NCBI GenBank assembly: GCA_964457525.1
Contig: CAYWGS010000029.1
Span: forward strand, 1 to 15,722
Direction: 5' to 3'
Length of the DNA stretch: 15,722 bases
From: an uncultured Erysipelotrichaceae bacterium
GTDB lineage: Bacteria; Bacillota_I; Bacilli_A; Erysipelotrichales; Erysipelotrichaceae
Shown: one piece after another, positions 1 through 8,291 of the stretch
Numbering within the stretch: the first letter of the stretch is position 1
How the letters are laid out: the number at the start of each line of letters is the position of its first letter
The notes under the pieces: generated by a model
Seen by the model: the letters and a program-made list of their open reading frames with translations, nothing else
What the model was told of the DNA's origin: nothing
The model's database searches: none
Program-made: the position numbers and the translations under genes

Positions 1-1
1 A

Positions 2-388
2 AACAAATCAGAATTAACAGGCAAGGTTATTATTGATATTACAAATCCAGTAAACTTTAGCACCATGGATGGCTTATTGGTCAGTGCAGACAGTTCCGCA
101 ACGGAAGAGTTTGTAAAGCTTGCGCCACAAGCATCATTTGTTAAAGTATTTAATACAAACTTTGCGTCTACTCTAGCAGGCGATAAAAATACAACAGTGT
201 TACTTGCGTCTGATGACAATATCGCAAAAGAAACACTTATCAACGCTTTACATGGTAGTCATTTAGATTTAGTAGATGTGGGATCACTTAAACGTGCTCG
301 TGAATTAGAAGCACTTGGTTTCTTACAAATTACACTAGCGATTCGTGAAAAGATTTCTTGGATGGGTGGATTTAGTTTAGTTAAATAA
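2..388 (+). CDS. 3' portion of an NAD(P)H-dependent oxidoreductase (F420-reductase/NpdG-like, PF03807-type); the 5' end lies outside the window
   Basis: The frame of ORF 65..388 stays open back to base 2 (NKSELTGKVIIDITNPVNFST precedes the listed Met). It has the IDxTNP motif and a C-terminal DVGSLKRARELE segment typical of this family. Stop TAA 386-388 is followed by a terminator hairpin. Confidence 0.65.
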   Translation, partial: NKSELTGKVIIDITNPVNFSTMDGLLVSADSSATEEFVKLAPQASFVKVFNTNFASTLAGDKNTTVLLASDDNIAKETLINALHGSHLDLVDVGSLKRARELEALGFLQITLAIREKISWMGGFSLVK

Positions 389-395
389 CGGTCAT

Positions 396-425
396 AAAAA
401 AGGACTTCTTACGAAGTCTTTTTTT
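396..425. terminator. Bidirectional intrinsic terminator between convergent genes
   Basis: AAAAAGGACTTC-ttac-GAAGTCTTTTTTT: a stem with one G-U pair, an A-tract on the left and a T-tract on the right. It lies between stop 388 (+) and stop 451 (-). Confidence 0.8.
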
Positions 426-450
426 AGCTTTATTCAAACTTTATTTATTA

Positions 451-1617
451 CTAAAGAATAGGTTTGACTGGATAAATTGTCACTCCCGTTACGACTCGAT
501 TAACTTCTCCTGTAGGACACGGATTGTCTACCGTAATACCTAAGGAAAGTGATTTAAAGAATCCAATTAACTGTGCAATGACAATCATCTTCAATCCAAT
601 AAATTCACTTGGTATGTCGGTATAGTCATACTGAATGGCATAATCTACATTCGCATCATAAGGGGCGTTACTGATGGTTAGAATCTTATAGCCTTTCTGT
701 TGACTCTTTAGTTCATTGATTAAATCAAGTTCATATTTACGCGTTAATTCGTGATCACTTAAGTAAATAACAATTAACGTGTGGGCGTTTATGAATGATT
801 TAGGTCCATGTCTAAAGCCAGTCAAAGTATCATATAAAGTCGCAACTTTTCCTTGAGTAAGCTCTAGGATTTTCAATGCGCTTTCTTGAGCGAATGCTTT
901 CATGTTCTGTGAACCAAGATAAACAATTCTCTCAAAATTATACTCATTGATTAATGATTTAATTCTTGAAGCATTTTTAGTTAGATTGGATTGAACAGAG
1001 TGAGCACATTCATTTAAATACGTCTCATACTTATCCAATTCATTGATATTGAAACAAAGGAGTGTTGCGGTAATCATGTTGGTAAAACTTGAGGTCATCG
1101 CAAAACCTAAATCATTTGTTTCATCCGGAAGTTCAATCGCAAGTACACGATCATCCATATAGGCTAATTTCGCTAGAGCACCATTCTTATTACAGGTAAT
1201 AAATAAATGGTAAGCCTGTTCTGTATAGGCATTAACTGCTTGTACAGCACCAACGGATTCAGGTGAATTACCACTGCGTCCATATGAAATGAAAAGTGTT
1301 TTTCGTTTAGGGTTGATGTATAACTCAGGGCTTAGAATCATATCCGTCGTCGCAATACTTCTTGCCTTAAACTCATAGTTCTTATTGAAATAATTCACAA
1401 GTGTATTCCCAATGTATTCACTTGTTCCAGCACCCATGAAAATGATATCAAAGCTTCCTCTTCGACCCAATTCATTTAAGAAATCTTTGATTTTACTTTT
1501 ATTTGATTGAATGACGTCAAATGTCTTTAGCCATGTAGAGGGTTGTTGAAAGATTTCTTTACCGGTATTACAGGCATCGATTTCTTTGATATCTTCTTTT
1601 GTATTTAAATGCTTCAT
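451..1617 (-). CDS. agaS: AgaS-family double-SIS sugar-phosphate isomerase/deaminase (putative galactosamine-6-P or glucosamine-6-P deaminase-isomerase)
   Basis: 388 aa. Blocks colinear with E. coli AgaS as I recall it: EIxQQPxxW, GAGTSxxIG, ISYGRSGNSPESVGAV, YHLFITCNKNGALA, GFAMTSSFT, TGFRHGPKS, NRVVTGVTIYP. RBS GAAGGAAG sits upstream of the ATG. Confidence 0.85.
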   Translation of the reverse strand: MKHLNTKEDIKEIDACNTGKEIFQQPSTWLKTFDVIQSNKSKIKDFLNELGRRGSFDIIFMGAGTSEYIGNTLVNYFNKNYEFKARSIATTDMILSPELYINPKRKTLFISYGRSGNSPESVGAVQAVNAYTEQAYHLFITCNKNGALAKLAYMDDRVLAIELPDETNDLGFAMTSSFTNMITATLLCFNINELDKYETYLNECAHSVQSNLTKNASRIKSLINEYNFERIVYLGSQNMKAFAQESALKILELTQGKVATLYDTLTGFRHGPKSFINAHTLIVIYLSDHELTRKYELDLINELKSQQKGYKILTISNAPYDANVDYAIQYDYTDIPSEFIGLKMIVIAQLIGFFKSLSLGITVDNPCPTGEVNRVVTGVTIYPVKPIL

Positions 1618-1644
1618 ATGCTTCCTTCTGCTTTCTTACTATGT

Positions 1645-2706
1645 TTATTCTTCAAATTGCTTAATATCTAAATTCAATAATTGACAAGCATTACGATAGT
1701 AAATATCTTTTAATGCTTCATCGGGTAAACCAATTCCATAGATTCTCCATCGACCTTGTCCAGCTTGTTCACCTTCTTCTTGATACTCAAAGTATTCATC
1801 CCATGTTTCAAGAAATCTAAAATACTTTTTCTGTAGTTGAAGGTTTAAAGGTGTACAATCGGTACCATATAAAATACGGTTGGAATAGTTAATAAAGAAC
1901 GCTCTACTTGAATAGGGAACTCTTCCTAGTTCCGCAATTCGAGCCGCAATATCAATGTACATGTTTGGATAACGATCTAATCGTTCGGATACATGTTTAA
2001 GATTTTCTGCATACGAACCAAAGTGTGCCACAATAAACTTTGTTTGAGGGTGTTTCTCAATCATAGAATCTTGCATATCCATAAGTTCATTAAATGTCAT
2101 CTGTCCTTCTTTACCAAATGCCCAGTCTGGGTTTTCAATGAGTTCTTCGAATCGTTCATTGGTTTGATCGATTGGAAGGAAGAAGGCCACTGGATCTGCG
2201 ATATGAATCAGTACAGGAATATTGAGTTCTGCAGCTGTGTCATATACAACATCAAGTCTTGGATCATCGGTACGAATATAATTCCCTGATTGATCCTTTT
2301 GGTTTAAACTAATGACTTTCCACATCTTAATGCCACGTGCCCCTTTTGAGTATGCATCATGTAGATGTGTTTTAATGGTTGTTTGAAAATCTTCTTCATC
2401 AATTCTTGATACATCAATCCATACAAATAGACTTAATATATCATCCATACACTTTGTATGCTGAATCATCTCAATCATCTCATCTCCCCAAACACCATCG
2501 AGATTTACCACATGATGAATGTTTAAAGATTCAAGTTCTTTTCGATAATTGGATAGATTATAGGTTTGTTTGTAATCATTTCCTAACACAAGCTTCCCTA
2601 AGTGTTGATGGATATCAATCACTTTATATTTAGCTGTGTAGATTGGTGTTTCATTTGTCACACATTGTGATATCGGTTGATACTCACTTAACATTAAATC
2701 TTTCAT
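1645..2706 (-). CDS. Metal-dependent TIM-barrel amidohydrolase (Amidohydrolase_2 / PF04909-like), substrate unknown
   Basis: 353 aa. An N-terminal HxH (VIDIHQHLG) is followed by His residues in LIHIADP and VAHFG and an Asp in YGTDCTP, in the order expected for the amidohydrolase superfamily. The start overlaps the upstream permease stop as TAATG. Confidence 0.75.
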   Translation of the reverse strand: MKDLMLSEYQPISQCVTNETPIYTAKYKVIDIHQHLGKLVLGNDYKQTYNLSNYRKELESLNIHHVVNLDGVWGDEMIEMIQHTKCMDDILSLFVWIDVSRIDEEDFQTTIKTHLHDAYSKGARGIKMWKVISLNQKDQSGNYIRTDDPRLDVVYDTAAELNIPVLIHIADPVAFFLPIDQTNERFEELIENPDWAFGKEGQMTFNELMDMQDSMIEKHPQTKFIVAHFGSYAENLKHVSERLDRYPNMYIDIAARIAELGRVPYSSRAFFINYSNRILYGTDCTPLNLQLQKKYFRFLETWDEYFEYQEEGEQAGQGRWRIYGIGLPDEALKDIYYRNACQLLNLDIKQFEE

Positions 2707-3536
2707 TACTTCATACCTGTTGTCGCAATTCCCTTAATGAATTGTTTTTGGAACATTAAGAACACTATAATAACTGGCATCATAATCAAAGCAGAAGCTG
2801 CCATCGTTGCGGATAGGTCTGCTGTGTGTTGCGATGAGAAGTAGGATAATGCGAGTGGTAAGGTCATCTTCTTAATATCATTGATCATAATGAGTGGATT
2901 GAGATAATCATTCCAATAATTTAAGAAGGTAAAGATGGTTAATGCACCGACGGTCGGTTTTAAAAGAGGTAGGACTATTTTGAGATAAATACTCCAGTTA
3001 CTTGCACCTTCCATACGAGCTGCTTCGATTAATTCATTTGGTATATCATCACAGGCTTGTTTACTCAAGAATATTCCGAATGCATTCACAAACGATGGAA
3101 CGATTAATGCGCCTGCTGTATTGTATAAACCTAATGCATTAATGAGTAAGAATCCAGGAATCATTGTAGTATGCGTAGGAACCATCATAGTTGCGAGAAC
3201 AAGCATGAACAAGACTTTCTTGAATTTAAACTCAAACTTAGAGAATACAAACCCAACAATCGTACTACTCAATAAAATAACAACAGTATTCGTAACGGTT
3301 ATAAATAAACTGTTTCTAAACCAGTAGAAGAATGGAGACTTGGTTAGAACTTTAATATAACCGCTGATGGTAAAGTTAACTGGAATTAAATGTTTTGGAT
3401 CAACCAATAATTCTTTCGTACTCTTCAATGAGTTCGACAACATCCAGAAGAAAGGTAGAATCATGAAAAGGGATAATAGGAATAAACCAATAAAAATAGC
3501 GATATAAACTGGTTTTACTTTCATCTTCTTTTTCAT
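2706..3536 (-). CDS. Carbohydrate ABC transporter permease (CUT1, MalG/AmyC-like)
   Basis: 276 aa, multi-pass membrane protein. EAA loop: IEAARMEGASNWSIYLKIVLPLLKP. Confidence 0.9.
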   Translation of the reverse strand: MKKKMKVKPVYIAIFIGLFLLSLFMILPFFWMLSNSLKSTKELLVDPKHLIPVNFTISGYIKVLTKSPFFYWFRNSLFITVTNTVVILLSSTIVGFVFSKFEFKFKKVLFMLVLATMMVPTHTTMIPGFLLINALGLYNTAGALIVPSFVNAFGIFLSKQACDDIPNELIEAARMEGASNWSIYLKIVLPLLKPTVGALTIFTFLNYWNDYLNPLIMINDIKKMTLPLALSYFSSQHTADLSATMAASALIMMPVIIVFLMFQKQFIKGIATTGMK

Positions 3537-3537
3537 C

Positions 3538-4413
3538 TTAATAATCCCAATCGACTTTCTGAATTTTTTGTTGAATGATGGTAATAATAAATATGATTAC
3601 GAATAAGAGTACTGCAATCGCAGATGCATATCCCATATTCTTAATCTCAAATGCCATCTTATAGATATAACTTGTTAAGACTAAACCGGAGTTTTGAGGT
3701 CCTGATTTTAATACCATGACAGAGAATTGAGCAAACATTTGGAAATGGCTTATGAGTGTCATGATTGTTACAAACGTCATTGTTCTTCCTAATAGAGGAA
3801 GTGTAATATGTCTGAATTTGTGCCATGCGGATGCACCATCCATTTCAGCGGCTTCATAGAAATTAGTTGGAATGGAATCAATCCCTGCACTAAATAAAAT
3901 AATGTTATATCCGATATCGACCCAAATCGTAAATACGATGATGGACCACATTAAGATATTCGGATCCCCTAACCAGTTTACAGGATCGAATCCGATGGTT
4001 TTAAGCATCATATTAGCTAAGCCTGTTGCGGTTGGAAAAATACTTCTTGCCCAAACAACACTGGATGCGACAAGTGGCGCAACACAAGGTAGAAAGAAAG
4101 CCATTCTAAAGAAGCTTCTTATTTTGTTTGATTTAAACATACTAATAAATTGGGCAATCATAAGCGATAAAGTTATGTTAAGCGCTACTGTAATTCCAAC
4201 AAACATCAATGTGTTGAATAGTGCTTTGACAAGTACTTCATCTGCGAATAGTTCTTTAAAGTTCTTTAGTCCAACAAAGGTATTTGAATCTCTTAATGGA
4301 TTATAGTCCATCAATGAAATACCAAAACCTGCAATTATTGGGCCAACACTAAATAGGAACATGTGAATAAAAACAGGAACTAATACGAGTAAAATAAATT
4401 TTTTGTTTTTCAT
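3538..4413 (-). CDS. Carbohydrate ABC transporter permease (CUT1, MalF/AmyD-like)
   Basis: EAA loop: YEAAEMDGASAWHKFRHITLPLL. I place the start at MKNKKFILL (ATG complement 4411-4413) because AAGGAAG lies 8 nt upstream. The track start at 4464 would read through an intercistronic hairpin and has no RBS. Confidence 0.9.
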   Translation of the reverse strand: MKNKKFILLVLVPVFIHMFLFSVGPIIAGFGISLMDYNPLRDSNTFVGLKNFKELFADEVLVKALFNTLMFVGITVALNITLSLMIAQFISMFKSNKIRSFFRMAFFLPCVAPLVASSVVWARSIFPTATGLANMMLKTIGFDPVNWLGDPNILMWSIIVFTIWVDIGYNIILFSAGIDSIPTNFYEAAEMDGASAWHKFRHITLPLLGRTMTFVTIMTLISHFQMFAQFSVMVLKSGPQNSGLVLTSYIYKMAFEIKNMGYASAIAVLLFVIIFIITIIQQKIQKVDWDY

Positions 4414-4436
4414 TCTTCTAACTTCCTTATTTTGAG

Positions 4437-4470
4437 AAAAGGATGGATAGATGAAACTACCCATCCTTTT
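4437..4470 (-). promoter_or_regulatory. Intercistronic stem-loop between the binding-protein gene and the first permease gene
   Basis: Perfect 10-bp inverted repeat AAAAGGATGG (4437-4446) / CCATCCTTTT (4461-4470) with a 14-nt loop. It starts 6 nt after the SBP stop. On the minus-strand RNA there is only a weak U-run after the stem. Confidence 0.55.
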
Positions 4471-4476
4471 TATAAA

Positions 4477-5754
4477 CTACTTAACTACATTGGTATTTAA
4501 GTATTCTTCCAATGAAATCAAAGCTTCATCAACAGAAGGAGTTGTACCCATGACTAAATCGACAAATGTATTATTAACTGCTTCTTTAAATTGATCGGTA
4601 TTAAAGTATCCAATAAATTGTGCATTACCCAAGATTTTTACAAGTGGTTTTGCGAAAGGCATTAAGTTTAATAATTCAGGATCTTGTGCAACACTAATTT
4701 TTGCTGGAATTTGAGCTGCCGCAACATTATGAGCTAACAAGTTTTCATCTTGATAGAAGTATTCTAAGAATTTGTATGCTGCTTCTTGTTGTTTGGATGA
4801 TCCATTAACACTAAGTGCCCAACCTGTTTCAGCAGCGAATGCAGCTTTATCACCAAACCAAGGCATTTCAACATAGTCAAAGTCTACACCTAATGTTAAA
4901 CCGAAGCTGGATGTTCCTTCAGAAATAACCCATGGTCCACGTGGAACAAGCGCATTACGACCTGCGTATAGTTGTTGATAACCTTCTAAATCTCCACCAC
5001 CAACTAACCCTTCTAAGTCCGTTACTTTATCCACAACAACCATATCATAGAGTTCTTGTAGAGCCGCTTTAGCTTCTGGAGTTTGTAGGGTGAATTTGCC
5101 ATTCGCATCAAGATATTGGCCACCTGTGGATAAGATCATGGATAAGAACATATAAGGAACAGAATCCCAGTTCACAAAGTCAAAACCTTTTTGAGTTAAG
5201 ATTCCACCTTCTTCTTTAGTTAACTTAGTACCAGCACTTACAAGTTCAGCCCAAGTTGTTGGAACTGGAATGTTTGCGTCTTTTAATAAAGTCTTATTAA
5301 CCAATAAACCACCATTTTCAATGTTAAATTCAAGTGGTAATCCGTATAATTTACCATCATACATTAATGCACCAATCGTAGATGGATATACATGATCGAT
5401 CACATCTTTTGCCATAGCATCTGGCATAACTGCTAGTGCACCAGTGGATGCGAAGTCAACTCCCCATCCGCCCCACATTTCATAGATATCTGCACCACCT
5501 TCTTTAGAGATTAAAGAAGTTTGTACTTTCGATTCGAATTGATCGTATGGGAAGAATTCAAATGAAACTTCGATACCAGGATTCTCTGCTGTAAACTTTT
5601 CTCCTATTTGACGATAGGATTCATTCCAAGGCTCATTTTGGTGGCCCCAGAAAGTCAACTTAATGGTCTCAGAGTCGTTGGTATTACTACCAGAGCAGCC
5701 GACTAAAGACGAAAGCATAAGTAGACTCATCAGTAACAATGCTAATTTCTTCAT
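4477..5754 (-). CDS. Extracellular sugar-binding lipoprotein of a CUT1 ABC transporter
   Basis: 425 aa. Signal peptide with lipobox MKKLALLLMSLLMLSSLVGC. The Trp/Tyr-rich body is typical of family-1 sugar SBPs. RBS AAAGGA lies 7 nt upstream. Confidence 0.9.
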   Translation of the reverse strand: MKKLALLLMSLLMLSSLVGCSGSNTNDSETIKLTFWGHQNEPWNESYRQIGEKFTAENPGIEVSFEFFPYDQFESKVQTSLISKEGGADIYEMWGGWGVDFASTGALAVMPDAMAKDVIDHVYPSTIGALMYDGKLYGLPLEFNIENGGLLVNKTLLKDANIPVPTTWAELVSAGTKLTKEEGGILTQKGFDFVNWDSVPYMFLSMILSTGGQYLDANGKFTLQTPEAKAALQELYDMVVVDKVTDLEGLVGGGDLEGYQQLYAGRNALVPRGPWVISEGTSSFGLTLGVDFDYVEMPWFGDKAAFAAETGWALSVNGSSKQQEAAYKFLEYFYQDENLLAHNVAAAQIPAKISVAQDPELLNLMPFAKPLVKILGNAQFIGYFNTDQFKEAVNNTFVDLVMGTTPSVDEALISLEEYLNTNVVK

Positions 5755-5802
5755 TCATTTTTCCTTTCAACGCATGGATATGCGTAATTGCCTGGGTAAT
5801 AA

Positions 5803-7131
5803 TCAAATCTTTAAGGATTTGAAATAACTTAAGTACTCCGCATTCTTATCCAACATTTCTTGAACCATATCTTTGATTTCTTGCATACTGAGTACACTTG
5901 AAGTCAATGGATCAAATAAAATCGCGTGGAATACTTTTTCTGGATCACCTGTAATCGCTGCTTGAACTGCTAATTCTTCAATACGAGCAGAGTGATCCAC
6001 CATAAGTGCTAAATGTTCTGGTAATGTAACTGGCATGATGGAATGAATGCCTCTTTCAGTTGCGACAACAGGAACTTCAACACATGCATTTTCTCTTACA
6101 TTTGGAATATAACCTTTGTTTTGAAGGTTACCATTGAAGAAGAATGGAGTGTGGTCACCAAGGATTGCGTTAAAGATGTTCGATGCATATTCTTCGCCTC
6201 TTTCAAGTTCAATATCCCCATGTTCTAACCATTCTTTATATTCTTTTTCCCAAGTAGTTTCTCTGTCGAGATATTCATTTAGGATATAAGCATATTCGCC
6301 TGGATTCCAACCTGTCCCGAAGGTACAGTATTTTTCAATTAAGTCTGGACGTTTTCTGAACCATTGATTGTATTCAGAGTTATGTCCACTGGATTCTGTT
6401 GGGAAGTAACCCAAATGTCTGAACATTTCAATTCGAACGGGTTCTTCATTTGCGACTTCTTCTCTTAAGATCGCTTGTTTTAATAGAGGAATCGCATCTT
6501 CATCTTTCCATTTATATTCGGTATAGAAGGCTTGGTGATTAATACCCGCACATACATATTTAATATCTTTAATATCTGCACCAATCCATCCTGCTAACAT
6601 TTCAGCTGTACCTTGTACACTGTGGCAGAGTCCTGTCACATTAACGAACGTTTGTTTTTGTAAGAAACTAACTAACATCGCCATAGGGTTGGAGTAGTTA
6701 AGTACGATCGCATGTGGACATAGTTCTTCCACATCACGAATAATATCTAACATGACTGGAGCTGTTCTTAAGAATCTGAAGATTCCTGAAGGGCCTCTAG
6801 TATCCCCTACGTTTATATCAACACCATATTTCTTAGGAATTTCAATGTCGTGTCTCCACACTTCAACGCCACCTTGTAAAATCGTAATTACGACACCATC
6901 TGCACCGACTAAGGCTTCTCTACGATCCATTGTGTAGGTGACTTTTGCGTTATAATGTCCCTTTTCAATGATTTTCATGATGCCTTGGTAAGCATACGAT
7001 AATCTCTTCTCATTAATATCAACTAAACTAATTTCGCAGTCATTAAATTGATCAAACGTAAGAATATCTCTAACAAGACTACGTGTGAAATCCAATGATC
7101 CTGCACCAATGAACACAAACTTCTTTCCCAT
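5803..7131 (-). CDS. Glycoside hydrolase family 4 (NAD+/Mn2+-dependent), MelA-like alpha-glycosidase
   Basis: 442 aa. FIGAGS dinucleotide-binding turn, NYSNPMA, GLCHSVQG (Cys-His metal ligands) and CAGINHQ, colinear with MelA-type alpha-galactosidases. RBS AGAGG lies 6 nt upstream. Confidence 0.9.
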   Translation of the reverse strand: MGKKFVFIGAGSLDFTRSLVRDILTFDQFNDCEISLVDINEKRLSYAYQGIMKIIEKGHYNAKVTYTMDRREALVGADGVVITILQGGVEVWRHDIEIPKKYGVDINVGDTRGPSGIFRFLRTAPVMLDIIRDVEELCPHAIVLNYSNPMAMLVSFLQKQTFVNVTGLCHSVQGTAEMLAGWIGADIKDIKYVCAGINHQAFYTEYKWKDEDAIPLLKQAILREEVANEEPVRIEMFRHLGYFPTESSGHNSEYNQWFRKRPDLIEKYCTFGTGWNPGEYAYILNEYLDRETTWEKEYKEWLEHGDIELERGEEYASNIFNAILGDHTPFFFNGNLQNKGYIPNVRENACVEVPVVATERGIHSIMPVTLPEHLALMVDHSARIEELAVQAAITGDPEKVFHAILFDPLTSSVLSMQEIKDMVQEMLDKNAEYLSYFKSLKI

Positions 7132-7142
7132 TTTGAACCTCT

Positions 7143-7155
7143 TGTTTACTAAACA
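7143..7155. promoter_or_regulatory. Palindromic operator O1 (TGTTTA-C-TAAACA), probable LacI-family binding site next to the GH4 RBS
   Basis: Perfect 13-bp palindrome immediately upstream (in the gene sense) of the AGAGG RBS of the GH4 gene. The same palindrome recurs at 7262-7274. Confidence 0.6.
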
Positions 7156-7162
7156 GTTTATC

Positions 7163-7177
7163 TGTTTACGTGTTTAC
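7163..7177. promoter_or_regulatory. Tandem operator half-sites TGTTTAC-g-TGTTTAC
   Basis: Two direct copies of the O1 half-site, at 7163-7169 and 7171-7177. TAAACAG(7150-7156)-5nt-CTGTTTA(7162-7168) also forms an inverted repeat with O1. Confidence 0.45.
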
Positions 7178-7183
7178 ACTATC

Positions 7184-7212
7184 ATTGTAGTCTACATAAT
7201 TTTAGATGTAAA
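7184..7212 (-). promoter_or_regulatory. Candidate sigma-A promoter of the GH4-ABC-amidohydrolase-agaS operon
   Basis: On the minus strand: TTTACA (7212-7207), a 17-nt spacer, then TACAAT (7189-7184). The operator half-sites fall at about +1 to +35. An alternative pair exists: TTGAAA (7221-7216) / TATGTA (7198-7193). Confidence 0.4.
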
Positions 7213-7231
7213 GGCTTTCAAGACATTTTTA

Positions 7232-7260
7232 TTGATTATTTTAATAAAATCATCTATAAT
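7232..7260 (+). promoter_or_regulatory. Sigma-A promoter of the lacI-family regulator and kinase operon
   Basis: TTGATT (7232-7237), an exact 17-nt spacer, then TATAAT (7255-7260). Operator O2 begins directly after the -10. Confidence 0.6.
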
Positions 7261-7275
7261 TTGTTTAGTAAACAA
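7261..7275. promoter_or_regulatory. Palindromic operator O2 (TTGTTTA-G-TAAACAA)
   Basis: Perfect 15-bp palindrome containing the reverse complement of O1. It sits between the -10 and the AGAGG RBS of the regulator gene. Confidence 0.6.
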
Positions 7276-7288
7276 CTAGAGGTCACAT

Positions 7289-8290
7289 ATGGCAAATATT
7301 AGAGATGTTGCTAAGAAGGCTGGAACTTCGATTACGACCGTTTCCAGAGTCTTATCAAATGATGAAAGTTTTAAGGTTCCTGACAGTACAAAAGAAAACA
7401 TCTTTAGAGCGGTTAAAGAACTTAATTATGTTGTTCCAAAGAAAGTAAAATCAGAGAAACAATATCGCATTGGTTGTATTATGGCGATGACTGCAGTTAA
7501 GTATTCTGACCCATACTTTATGACCATGGCTTCTGCGATTGAGACGGAAGCAAAAAAGCTTAATTGTAATCTATCTTATCTAATCAATTATGATGAATTA
7601 GAGAAACCATCAAAACTCGTAGAACTTCATGAGATGAAGTTAGATGGACTTATTATTACGGAAATGTTGCCGAAACATATCGTAGAAGATCTTAAGCAAC
7701 ATGTTAAGCACATTATTACGATTGATAATTATCAGAACATGTTTAATTCGGTTGGTTTTGATCACTTTGATTCCACCAAGAAAATCATGAAACATTTACT
7801 CAATAGTGGATATAAACGTATTGCTTATATTGGTGGTGGTGCACCGAATATTGATATGTTTGATACGAAACGTTTAATTATGTATCGTGAATGCCTTCGT
7901 AGAGAAAACATTGAATATGATGAAACGATTATTAAAGATTGTTACTGGGATTTAGAACAATGTGCAATTCAAACGAATGAACTTCTTCAATTACCAAATC
8001 GTCCAGACGCAATCTTTGCAGGGAGTGATTCTCTTGCTCAAGTTGTTATTGCACAAATCTATCAAAATAACTTAAGATGTCCTGAAGATGTAGCAGTGGT
8101 TGGATTCAATAATCTTAATTTCTCATCTTACTTGATTCCTCCACTTACAACAGTGGATGTACCAAGTGATGAAATTGGACGAGTAGCGGTTAAACGTTTA
8201 TTGGAAATGATTCAAAAAAATGATCAAAGTATCTATGGTATATTCTTACCCACAAAACTCATTGTACGTGGTTCAACGAAAGGGATTTAG
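7289..8290 (+). CDS. LacI/GalR-family transcriptional regulator
   Basis: 333 aa. N-terminal HTH NIRDVAKKAGTSITTVSRVLSN, followed by a periplasmic-binding-protein-like sugar-binding core. Confidence 0.9.
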   Translation: MANIRDVAKKAGTSITTVSRVLSNDESFKVPDSTKENIFRAVKELNYVVPKKVKSEKQYRIGCIMAMTAVKYSDPYFMTMASAIETEAKKLNCNLSYLINYDELEKPSKLVELHEMKLDGLIITEMLPKHIVEDLKQHVKHIITIDNYQNMFNSVGFDHFDSTKKIMKHLLNSGYKRIAYIGGGAPNIDMFDTKRLIMYRECLRRENIEYDETIIKDCYWDLEQCAIQTNELLQLPNRPDAIFAGSDSLAQVVIAQIYQNNLRCPEDVAVVGFNNLNFSSYLIPPLTTVDVPSDEIGRVAVKRLLEMIQKNDQSIYGIFLPTKLIVRGSTKGI

Positions 8291-8291
8291 T

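Noticed and set aside
1993-2633. Plus-strand ORFs 1993..2289 and 2379..2633
   Set aside because: They lie entirely antisense within the well-supported amidohydrolase gene. They have low-complexity composition, no RBS and no recognisable motifs.
3121-4306. Plus-strand ORFs 3121..3327 and 3872..4306
   Set aside because: They are antisense to the two ABC permease genes, whose EAA loops and TM pattern are unambiguous. Such shadow ORFs are typical of AT-rich coding DNA.
4414-4464. Long start (4464) for the first permease
   Set aside because: The extension is a translation of the intercistronic hairpin and lacks an RBS. ATG 4413 has AAGGAAG 8 nt upstream.
7163-7178. TGTAAACACGTAAACA (minus strand) as a CcpA cre site
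   Set aside because: It is a direct repeat and not the pseudo-palindrome TGWAANCGNTNWCA. It is better explained as half-sites of the local LacI-type operator.
6043-7279. Plus-strand ORFs 6043..6228, 6752..6937 and 7085..7279
   Set aside because: The first two are antisense to the GH4 gene. The third starts antisense inside GH4 and runs through the promoter/operator region. None has an RBS.
8220-8291. Long start (8220) for the kinase ORF
   Set aside because: It would overlap the regulator gene by 71 nt and add a non-conserved leader. ATG 8292 gives the canonical MKCYLGIDSGGTKT N-terminus with an RBS.
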